Virus record (IMG/VR): IMGVR_UViG_3300032293_002271
Coordinates: 1 to 48,577 of that record
Direction: 5' to 3' (one strand)
DNA from: a virus
Taxonomy: Duplodnaviria; Caudoviricetes
Length of the DNA stretch: 48,577 nucleotides
The notes beneath the pieces were generated by a model. That model was not told the DNA's origin. It did no database searches and saw only the letters and a program-made list of their open reading frames with translations. This document shows positions 7,415-14,926 of the stretch, one piece after another. The position numbers were made by a program, and so were the translations under genes. Each line of letters opens with the position of its first letter. Positions within the stretch are counted from its first letter, which is position 1.

Positions 7415-10357
7415 TTATGCCTGTGCTTCTGTCCAGGAAATACGGGCTGCAATAGTGCTTGTAGCAACGGCGCTAACATTTGTTACTCGAATGGTAACAA
7501 CGTCAGGGCCATCTGGATACAAGTTAGCACTTGTAGTTGGTACCGTATTGCTAGTTCCACCCCCAAGAATGCTATTCCCTAGGTCGCGCACCAGGTTTAA
7601 ATCTTGTTGGACAACACTAGGAGTGTAAATAAAGAAAGAAAGAATTGTTTCACCGCCAGTAACGGTAGTAAACGGTGTTGTAGCAGTATGTAATGCAACT
7701 TGTGCAAGGCTTGAACCACCTGCTGCAGCAAAGGCACCCGCACCTGATCCACCAATACGTCCATTAAGAACTAGCTCAACCCTAAAAATAGCAGCTGTAC
7801 CTGTTGCAACAATATCCATCTGGCGCAAAGTCAGCTGCATGCGGTTAATTAAGTCGCGTGCGCCAATGATACCTGTGATGCCTGAGTCAACAGAGGGCGC
7901 CAAACGAATGCTTAACAGTGCAGCACTTGCTCCAGCACCAAGGTTGCTTAAGGCAGTAGTCATACCTGCCTGGAAAATGTACGATTTATCATCGTCATAA
8001 CCGCCATCCATGATTACAGCAGAACCCCAGTGCGCTAAAGTACTGGAAAACTGTCCGGGATACGCTTGTACATGCACAGGTGCAGTCGCCGAGTATGTAG
8101 TTGTTTGCGATACAGAAACGCCACCGCCTGCAGTTAATCCTCCTGGTCCTGTTAAAGAGATGATTGACCTACGTAAACCAAGAAATTGAGTCGCATTCTT
8201 GTTGTTGTATTGAATGTATTCAATAGAACCAGTGACAGTTGAGCCTGATCCGGAAGTAACGTTAGCAGGTTTGGTGACAACTACTACTCCACTTTTAGGA
8301 AAGCCTTCAGTGCTGGCTACTGTTAATGCATCTGTTGCCGTGTTACTAAGAGTTGCGGCAAGTGTTGTATACGCAGGAATAGTGTTGCACTCATAACGAG
8401 CACACATATTGCCTGAACGCATGTAAGCTTCTGTGTTACGGTTGCTATTAGGAATGCGATGGCAATAAATAATTTGACCGTCTTGATCTTTAAAACCAAA
8501 ACGAATTGCTCCGGCGCCATACCAAGCGTAGTCAATATACGCCATTTGCATTTTAGTAAGATCTAAATTAAATTCACTTGGACCTAAACCATCGCATTGA
8601 TCCAAGTTCCATTGATTTTGCGGATAGCGTTCTTCAATCCTTTTGCTAACAATTGCGTTGGCAAGGTTGGCGGTTCCCCTGTATTCAGGATAAATCACCA
8701 TTGAAGTGTCACTAAGAATGGAAAGAACGTTATGAGTCATTCCACGAATTACAATGACATCTCCAGGACTTAACTGTTTTGAAAATATAGTACTGGTGCC
8801 AGTGACAGTTGTTGTTCCTGCATTCACTGCAATTGAACCAGAAATTTGAGTCGTCGAGCTGCGTTTAACGGCATATAAAGTTTGCCCATCAAACTCAAAG
8901 AAAAATCCATTTTGTTCATCAAATAAACCAATGCGATTCTTGGCATTCCACCAACTTTGAGGACTTACTGTAATTGGAAAACCAACAGCGGGCGAAACCG
9001 TAGGTGCAACTAAAGCTGAATAAGTAAAAGAAACATCACTAGGAACACTTAAGACCAGAAAGGTCCCATTGTAAGCAGATTCGGTGCAACCTGAAATAGT
9101 TACAAAGGGGCCCGTGCCAATGGGGTAAAGACTTGATGTTGTACTAGCAGTAATTGTTCCCGTTGGTGCATTAGTAACAGTAAACGTAAACTCTGTGGCC
9201 GAGACAATGGAAGAAATTGTCCATGTCCCATTGGGGGCGTTAGTTCCTGAACTGGTTGTACCCGTGATATAAATCTTGTCTCCTACACTAAAGCCATGAG
9301 AGTTACTTGTAGTACAAGTAACTACCCTGTCAACATAGGTAAACGCTGCACCTGCAGAACCTGAAATAGGGATGCCGGCAGATGCTAAATAATTACCGTT
9401 TAAATTGTGCGGTGTTTTTAAATTAACAGTAACAGTTGAGCCAGTAGCAGTAATACTGTTAACACTAAAGGCTGGTTTTAAACATGTTCCTGTGCTGAAC
9501 TGAATACCCTTGCCCGATTGATAGCGAAAGTAACGGCGAGTTTGACGAATTAATTGATTACCTGTGTAAGGGTAACCGGCGGTAAAGTCAACGCCGCCAT
9601 CAAAAGAACGGTGAATTACGCTGCCAAAGGGGCGTGGAAATAGATTGACTGAGCCTGCAGTATTTCCAATAGTGCCAGTAGGTGTAGCATTTGCTGTATA
9701 GGTGAAAGTATTGACATTAGGAGTAGTTTTTACAACAAAACTTCCATTTGGCGCATTAGTAGTTGCTGTTAAACCAACTACAAAAATACCATCGCCTATG
9801 GTAAGGCCATGAGCATTAGTTGTAGTAACGGTAATCGTAGTGGTGCTAAAAGTAAAAGCTGTAGTGCCAGTGAGGGGAATGCCTGATCCAGTATAAAAAT
9901 TACCAGAGTAGACATAAGTTTTTGTTGAGTCAAAAATTGATCCGCTACCTGCAGAGCTAGAAACAACGTAAGTAAAACTAACGCCTGCACTTACAGTTGC
10001 AACAACCCACCAACCATTTGCTGCTGCCGAAGTAGTACCTTGAACAAAAATAGGAGTACCTACTGCAGGAGGAGTTGTAGTACTAACTGTAATTGTTGTA
10101 GTAGATGCAGAAACTGCGGTAACCGCCAATGGAGATGTTACGTCGTAAAAAGCACTGGGTCGGTTATTTAACGTATTTAAACTTTCCCACTTAGTTGATT
10201 GTGTGCTGTATTCAAAGTCAGTATCAATTAATGCTTGTGGCGTTGAAACGCGTAGCTTGCCAACGGGATCTGTTAAAACTTCACTACCGGTGATTGAAGT
10301 ATCACCTTGTGTTTTAATTACGTCGTAAAGTTGGCGGTCAGCAAATTGACGTGGCAT
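7415..10357 (-). CDS. Large Thr/Ser-rich virion structural/fibre-like protein with repeated beta modules
   Basis: 980 aa; repeats such as VTTTNAHGLTIGDGIFVVG..TNAPNG.F.V (E1-FCCH-like) inserted in a core shared with the next gene. Confidence 0.7.
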   Translation of the reverse strand: MPRQFADRQLYDVIKTQGDTSITGSEVLTDPVGKLRVSTPQALIDTDFEYSTQSTKWESLNTLNNRPSAFYDVTSPLAVTAVSASTTTITVSTTTPPAVGTPIFVQGTTSAAANGWWVVATVSAGVSFTYVVSSSAGSGSIFDSTKTYVYSGNFYTGSGIPLTGTTAFTFSTTTITVTTTNAHGLTIGDGIFVVGLTATTNAPNGSFVVKTTPNVNTFTYTANATPTGTIGNTAGSVNLFPRPFGSVIHRSFDGGVDFTAGYPYTGNQLIRQTRRYFRYQSGKGIQFSTGTCLKPAFSVNSITATGSTVTVNLKTPHNLNGNYLASAGIPISGSAGAAFTYVDRVVTCTTSNSHGFSVGDKIYITGTTSSGTNAPNGTWTISSIVSATEFTFTVTNAPTGTITASTTSSLYPIGTGPFVTISGCTESAYNGTFLVLSVPSDVSFTYSALVAPTVSPAVGFPITVSPQSWWNAKNRIGLFDEQNGFFFEFDGQTLYAVKRSSTTQISGSIAVNAGTTTVTGTSTIFSKQLSPGDVIVIRGMTHNVLSILSDTSMVIYPEYRGTANLANAIVSKRIEERYPQNQWNLDQCDGLGPSEFNLDLTKMQMAYIDYAWYGAGAIRFGFKDQDGQIIYCHRIPNSNRNTEAYMRSGNMCARYECNTIPAYTTLAATLSNTATDALTVASTEGFPKSGVVVVTKPANVTSGSGSTVTGSIEYIQYNNKNATQFLGLRRSIISLTGPGGLTAGGGVSVSQTTTYSATAPVHVQAYPGQFSSTLAHWGSAVIMDGGYDDDKSYIFQAGMTTALSNLGAGASAALLSIRLAPSVDSGITGIIGARDLINRMQLTLRQMDIVATGTAAIFRVELVLNGRIGGSGAGAFAAAGGSSLAQVALHTATTPFTTVTGGETILSFFIYTPSVVQQDLNLVRDLGNSILGGGTSNTVPTTSANLYPDGPDVVTIRVTNVSAVATSTIAARISWTEAQA

Positions 10358-10440
10358 GTCACTGGGTCACTCGTATTCCAATTTTAACACTACGTTTTAA
10401 TTAAGGGTTTAAAATAATAGAAAGTATTTAAAATATCAAA

Positions 10441-11775
10441 ATGATTATTCGTTATGTCAACGACTACGGCGATGGCACTTCTGGATATGCCGATTACGGT
10501 TCTGGTATTGTCATCACCACTGCTAGTGGGCAGCCTATCGAGGTAACAAGTACATCAAGTGGACTTGTTAATGTCCAGGCTGGCGGAACTGGTTCAGATG
10601 CATTTGGTAGATTGCGAGTAGCAAGTGCATTTACGCTCTTTGATTCCAGTCACCGATATAAAGATAATGGGCTTTGGGCTACATCAAGTGGTGTAGGTGG
10701 CACAACAACTTTTGACGCAAATGCTGGACTTGTAAACCTTGCTGTAACTACATCGTCAGGTTCTGAAATTATTAGAGAGACACACAAAGTATTTTCATAC
10801 CAACCAGGGAAGTCCCTGTTAGTTATGTCTACTTTTGTCATGGCGTCGGGCAAGGCAGGCCTTCGACAACGCGTTGGATACTACGGTGCAAGCAATGGTA
10901 TCTATATAGAAAAAGCTGATACCAGTTCTCCAGTTTTTGTAGAGCGCAGTTCAGTTACAGGAAGTGTAGTTGAAACAAGTGTATCTCAAGCAAACTGGAG
11001 TGAAGATAAACTAGATGGCACAGGGCCTTCTGGATTAACACTTGATCTGACAAAAGCGCAGATTATGTGGACAGATATTGAATGGCTTGGGGAAGGCACT
11101 GTAAGAGTTGGTTTTATTATCAATGGTAGATTTATTCATTGTCATTCGTTCCACCATGCAAATTTAATCTCGACTACTTATATTGCAACAGCGTCTTTGC
11201 CTTTGCGTTATGAAATTAAAAACACTACCGCTACTGCAAGTAGCAGTACACTAAAACAAGTTTGTTCTACTGTTATTTCTGAAGGTGGCTACGAACTGCG
11301 TGGTCTTCAACAATCGATTGGAACTACAATCACAGCTCCGCATTCCTTAACTACAGCTGGAACATTTTACCCAGTAATTTCAATCAGATTAAAAGCAGCA
11401 AACCTTGATGCAGTTGCCGTACTCTCTGCTTTGTCGGTTATGGCCGCAGGTGGTACAGCTAACTATTGCTGGCGTGTAGTAGAAACAGCAACAACAACAG
11501 GAGGTACTTGGGTTAGTGCTGGTACCAACTCAAGCATTGAATATAACCTTACTGGAACTTCCAGTGCAGGTGGCCGTGTTGCTGCACAAGGTTATTTCTC
11601 CGCAAGTAATCAAGCACTTGCGCCAACAGATATCTTGAGAGAAGCATTGTTTAAGTTCCAGCTTGAACGTGATGGCTTAACTAGTACTCCGTACGAATTG
11701 TCATTGTTGGTCAGTGCTAGTTCCAACACATCAACCGTTCATGCTGCATTGGACTGGGAAGAAATCAGCATCTGA
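10441..11775 (+). CDS. Virion structural protein, paralogue of the 980 aa gene
   Basis: Shared DAFGRLRV, F.YQ.GK, W..D.LDG.GPS...LDLTK.Q...D..W.G.G..R.GF and SIRL motifs. Confidence 0.7.
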   Translation: MIIRYVNDYGDGTSGYADYGSGIVITTASGQPIEVTSTSSGLVNVQAGGTGSDAFGRLRVASAFTLFDSSHRYKDNGLWATSSGVGGTTTFDANAGLVNLAVTTSSGSEIIRETHKVFSYQPGKSLLVMSTFVMASGKAGLRQRVGYYGASNGIYIEKADTSSPVFVERSSVTGSVVETSVSQANWSEDKLDGTGPSGLTLDLTKAQIMWTDIEWLGEGTVRVGFIINGRFIHCHSFHHANLISTTYIATASLPLRYEIKNTTATASSSTLKQVCSTVISEGGYELRGLQQSIGTTITAPHSLTTAGTFYPVISIRLKAANLDAVAVLSALSVMAAGGTANYCWRVVETATTTGGTWVSAGTNSSIEYNLTGTSSAGGRVAAQGYFSASNQALAPTDILREALFKFQLERDGLTSTPYELSLLVSASSNTSTVHAALDWEEISI

Positions 11776-11801
11776 TAAACTAGTACTACTGCCATGTGAC
11801 C

Positions 11802-12356
11802 ATGTATACCCCCGCCCCTCAACAGTACCAAGCGGCTGAAACCCCTCAGACTCAACCGGTTCCTCAGCCCCAGGACAAACCAAAAGCTCCTGCTAAGTCC
11901 AAGGCTGGCGGCGATGTGGGTGCATTCATCCAGCAGTGCATTTCTCTTTGCGCCTACCTAAAAGAATTGGAGACTCAGTCACATTTAATTCACCTCAACT
12001 ACGAAGGTGGTAACTTCTTAGGAGTCCACGCCTTCCTGAAAGATCAATACGAAGCACACCTAGAGCAGTTTGATACCCTTGCTGAGTTTGTACGCAGCAT
12101 GGATTATCTGATGCCGATGTGTGGTTGTGGGCTTAAAGATGCAGCTCCTCCTATCCAAGCTGTGACTTCCTACAAGGGAACTGACATGCTGGGTGTCTAC
12201 TACAAAAACCTTGAGGAGCTTGGCATGAAAGCCAAGAAGCTGGAACCCATTGCACAAAAGGTCGGTGCTATTGATATTGCTAACTATATGGCTGATCTTG
12301 TTGGCCAGGCTTTTAAAGCGGCTTGGTTTGTAAAAGCTACCCTGCGAAATAGCTGA
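11802..12356 (+). CDS. dps: Dps/ferritin-like DNA-binding stress protein
   Basis: HLIHLNYEGGNFLGVHAFLKDQY..HLEQFDTLAEFVR ferroxidase signature; AW near the C-terminus; P/Q/K-rich N-tail. Confidence 0.85.
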   Translation: MYTPAPQQYQAAETPQTQPVPQPQDKPKAPAKSKAGGDVGAFIQQCISLCAYLKELETQSHLIHLNYEGGNFLGVHAFLKDQYEAHLEQFDTLAEFVRSMDYLMPMCGCGLKDAAPPIQAVTSYKGTDMLGVYYKNLEELGMKAKKLEPIAQKVGAIDIANYMADLVGQAFKAAWFVKATLRNS

Positions 12357-12358
12357 GT

Positions 12359-12709
12359 TTACTTTTGATTTAACAAACACAAAAGGCCTTTGTGTAATTT
12401 GCGGTGGCAAATTGCGCAAATCAAAACGCATTTATTAATTTCTGTTTGTATTTTTTCCCAACGATACCCTGCCATTTTTGAAATTTGATTTTCTTTTTCT
12501 TCATGGTTAACATGGTGAAAATCAAAGGCAACTGGATGATCTTGTAAACCACACAGCAAACAAGTACACCCGAGCTCTTCCTTGTATGTGTCAATTAAAT
12601 TTTTGTTTATATCGCGGCGATTTTTTATACTTTTTCCCAGGCGTTCTTTGTTTTTGTGATACCACTCAAGTTGGTAAGCTCAATTTTTTTCTGGGTCTTT
12701 AATTGGCAT
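12359..12709 (-). pseudogene. HNH endonuclease with in-frame TGA at codon 10
   Basis: MPIKDPEKN*AYQLEWYHKNK...CLLCG..FDFHHV...KCVLICAICHRKLH; stop at 12682-12680. Confidence 0.7.
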
Positions 12710-12761
12710 TTAAAACATATTGGCTATTTTGATACTATAACCAAAATCAATTTAATAAAAA

Positions 12762-12837
12762 GCACCTGGGTAGGAGTCGAACCTACATCGTTCTGCATCG
12801 GCAGTAACCGTACTATCCAATTGTCTCGGACCAGGTG
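12762..12837 (-). ncRNA. tRNA-like RNA 1 (Arg-type D-loop, collapsed anticodon loop)
   Basis: CACCTGG/CCAGGTG acceptor; D-loop AATTGGATA; CTGC-CGAT-GCAG; GTAGG-TTCGACT-CCTAC T-arm. Confidence 0.75.
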
Positions 12838-12839
12838 GA

Positions 12840-12911
12840 TCAACCGCGTTAGAATCGAACCAACTATCTAACTCCCTTGTCGGGGTGTCCTGCCACTGGA
12901 CTACCGGTTGA
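12840..12911 (-). ncRNA. tRNA-like RNA 2 (non-canonical anticodon arm)
   Basis: TCAACCG/CGGTTGA acceptor; GTCC-AGTGGCA-GGAC D-arm; CCC-GACAA-GGG; GTTGG-TTCGATT-CTAAC T-arm. Confidence 0.75.
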
Positions 12912-12999
12912 GCGACCCCCAGGTTTGTGCATCATCCTTAAACCATATTGTTGGCGCCAACAAAATGGTCTATGTATAGGAGCTAAGCATAGGGGGTGT
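12912..12999 (-). ncRNA. Rod-like structured RNA of unknown class
   Basis: Nested ACCCCC/GGGGGT, TGC/GCA, TCCT/AGGA stems and apical ACCAT-TTGTTGGCGCCAACAA-ATGGT. Confidence 0.6.
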
Positions 13000-13001
13000 T
13001 A

Positions 13002-13155
13002 CTGATTCGTCGCGCTTGCCAAGTGGGTCGAGGGCGCACCAGGGAATCAATCTGCGAAGGTAATTAAACCTCCGGCCTAGAAACCCAGGACTTCGATGAT
13101 GGATCAGGTGTGTCGCCTTCTAGGCTATCTGCCTAACGCGCACAGGGACCTGACC
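13002..13155 (-). ncRNA. Multi-hairpin structured RNA(s) of unknown class
   Basis: GGTCAGGT..ACCTGATC with inner TAGGC/GCCTA; CCTGG/CTAGG; CGGAGGT/ACCTTCG; TTGATTC..GAATCAG. Confidence 0.6.
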
Positions 13156-13167
13156 TCTATCAATTTT

Positions 13168-13173
13168 ATTATA
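13168..13173 (-). promoter_or_regulatory. -10 element driving the ncRNA operon
   Basis: Perfect TATAAT about 12 nt upstream of the first structured element. Confidence 0.55.
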
Positions 13174-13176
13174 CAC

Positions 13177-13203
13177 AAAAAATCCTGGTTGCTCAGACCA
13201 GGA
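13177..13203 (-). terminator. Intrinsic terminator
   Basis: TCCTGGT-CTGAGCA-ACCAGGA followed by T6. Confidence 0.75.
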
Positions 13204-13260
13204 CTAAAACTAACTACTTACCGCCAATACCTACGGGACGAGACGTGTGTATTGAGCACT
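13177..13260 (-). ncRNA. Candidate ~80 nt sRNA
   Basis: TATACT -10 (13264-13269), CAATAC..ACG/CGT..GTATTG hairpin, then the terminator; no ORF. Confidence 0.45.
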
Positions 13261-13279
13261 GAAAGTATAGCGCGATACC

Positions 13280-13450
13280 TTATTTCTTTTTGGAGGCAGC
13301 TGCTTTCTTTTTAGCAATCATTTCTTTAAACTTTTCACGGGCTTCAGCTTGCTTATCGGATGCACCGCCTTTGCCTTTAACCGGGGGAGCAGCTTTACCT
13401 TTGGTGGGAGGCACAGCTTTCTTGGGGGGAATAGCTTTTTTCTTTTCCAT
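13280..13450 (-). CDS. 56 aa Lys/Pro/Ala-rich basic protein (not in ORF track)
   Basis: MEKKKAIPPKKAVPPTKGKAAPPVKGKGGASDKQAEAREKFKEMIAKKKAAASKKK. Confidence 0.7.
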   Translation of the reverse strand: MEKKKAIPPKKAVPPTKGKAAPPVKGKGGASDKQAEAREKFKEMIAKKKAAASKKK

Positions 13451-13483
13451 GTTAATCAGGAATCTTTATTAAGTATACGTGAG

Positions 13484-13693
13484 TTACTTATTTTTGTAAC
13501 GTTTGGATGCACGGGCTGCTTTGCCAGCTTTCTTTGCTGTTTCTGTATTAGGTACAAACTGTTTTCCTTCTCTACTACCAGCACGTTTCTTGCGGTCGGT
13601 CTCTTCTCTTTCCTCTTTGGATAAAGAAGCCCATGCTTTTTCTGGTAGGTAACGCTTGGTATATCCGTCTTGTATCGCTTTATCAACAGGCAT
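13484..13693 (-). CDS. DUF5872-like protein, C-terminal half
   Basis: TKRYLPEKAWASLSKEEREETDRKKRAGSREGKQFVPNT. Confidence 0.75.
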   Translation of the reverse strand: MPVDKAIQDGYTKRYLPEKAWASLSKEEREETDRKKRAGSREGKQFVPNTETAKKAGKAARASKRYKNK

Positions 13694-13696
13694 TTT

Positions 13697-14167
13697 TTAA
13701 ATATGTTTCCATGTCTTATTTTTTATAATAGCCGAGATAGTTTTATGATTTACCCCATACATTCTACCTAGCTCTCTTATACCGTAACCCTTCTGTTTAA
13801 GTTCTCGAATTTTTAAAACTTGCTCTTCTGTAAGTTTAGAAATGCCTACTTTGCTTCCTACTGCATGTTTTTTTTCGGAAGCATTATCTTCCAAAGGTTT
13901 CCAGCTTACATTGTTTGGCTCGTAGTTACCTTCATCTTTAAAACGAGAAAGCACATGATTTTCTGGTCTTTCTCCCATGTCCTTTAAGAAACATTCAAAA
14001 GACTCCCATTGTTCGCAAACTGTAACACCTTTTGCCCCATAGTTTTTATAACTTATATTTGATTTTAAAAAACAACGTTCACGCATGGCCCGCCAGCTAT
14101 TATAAGTAAGTGAACGTTGTACGTGGCCGCGTTTACCAACACAATGTCCGTGCGTTTTATGTGGCAT
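13697..14167 (-). mobile_element. Free-standing HNH-type homing endonuclease with C-terminal HTH
   Basis: YNSWRAMRERC..YKNYGAKGVTVCEQWESFECFLKDMGERP..GNYEPNNVSW and KLTEEQVLKIR; AT-rich. Confidence 0.8.
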
Positions 14168-14448
14168 TACTTTTCCTTAGCCATCTTAGCTACCTTAGCA
14201 GCTTTGCGACCTTTTTCGTATTGTTCCCGAGTGCCCCATTTTTCCTTGCCCCACTTCTCTAAAGATTTTTGTTCTTCTCCCTTACCTCCCTTATATCCCC
14301 CACCTGCTTTCTCATATTCTTGAACTAAAAGTTGAGATTTCCTAGCACTCCATTGGCCCGGCTTCCCGCCCTTAGAGCCAGCCATTACACGATCTTTGAT
14401 GCGCTCGCGTAATTCCGGCTTGGAATACTTGCTATTGTCCTGCGCCAC
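14167..14448 (-). CDS. DUF5872-like protein, N-terminal half
   Basis: YSKPELRERIKDRVMAGSKGGKPGQWSARKSQLLVQEYEKAGGGY..QKSLEKW. Confidence 0.75.
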   Translation of the reverse strand: MAQDNSKYSKPELRERIKDRVMAGSKGGKPGQWSARKSQLLVQEYEKAGGGYKGGKGEEQKSLEKWGKEKWGTREQYEKGRKAAKVAKMAKEK

Positions 14449-14632
14449 TCAATTTTGATTCTCTTTCTCTTAGTATTTTAAGCCACTTACATTCCTTGGC
14501 AGACCGTGCCCAGCCCTTGGGGGGATTAGGAATCTTTGATTCAAGTTCCCAAAAATACTTTTGGAGGCGTTCAGCCTCCGTTGGAAGAAAGTACTTAGCC
14601 AAAATTAGTGGGAATGTTGTGTTGTTTGCCAA
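14432..14632 (-). CDS. Hypothetical protein
   Basis: 66 aa ORF in the minus-strand operon. Confidence 0.5.
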   Translation of the reverse strand: MANNTTFPLILAKYFLPTEAERLQKYFWELESKIPNPPKGWARSAKECKWLKILRERESKLSGAGQ

Positions 14633-14801
14633 ATTTACCCATCAGTTCTTCAATTGTTTCAAGTGCTTCCAGGTGCATCAAGATATCTGTCAATGCATTG
14701 ATCGTTACGGGATGCTCAGTACGTGCAGCAAATGCAAGAGCCTCACGTAAATTAATGGTGGCTTCTTCAACAGCTTGCTTAACTTGATTGGAAAGAGTCA
14801 T
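14595..14801 (-). CDS. Small cyanophage protein
   Basis: MTLSNQVKQAVEEATINLREALAFAARTEHP. Confidence 0.6.
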   Translation of the reverse strand: MTLSNQVKQAVEEATINLREALAFAARTEHPVTINALTDILMHLEALETIEELMGKFGKQHNIPTNFG

Positions 14802-14926
14802 TTCAGAACCTTTGGGATGTCTGGGTAGCAGAATTACTTGTGGCATTCTATCTACATAACTAATATGTTAAGTATGTCACGTTTTTCTTAACATATCCAG
14901 GGGATAAGTTAAAAAGATGGTAGGGA

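Noticed and set aside
12762-12911. Calling these canonical tRNAs or a UGA suppressor
   Set aside because: Neither has a 5 bp stem with a 7 nt loop and U33, so no anticodon can be assigned; no TCA anticodon.
13052-13110. c-di-GMP-I riboswitch resemblance (AAACCTCCGGCCTA on + strand)
   Set aside because: Lacks the GGCAAA/GNRA P2 element; promoter and G-U pair polarity favour the minus strand.
12656-13314. Short + strand ORFs over the RNA cassette
   Set aside because: No RBS or protein-like features; the sequence is better explained by RNA structure.
13697-14167. Group I intron around the HNH gene
   Set aside because: No non-coding flanks to hold P3-P9; both host halves have their own start and stop codons.
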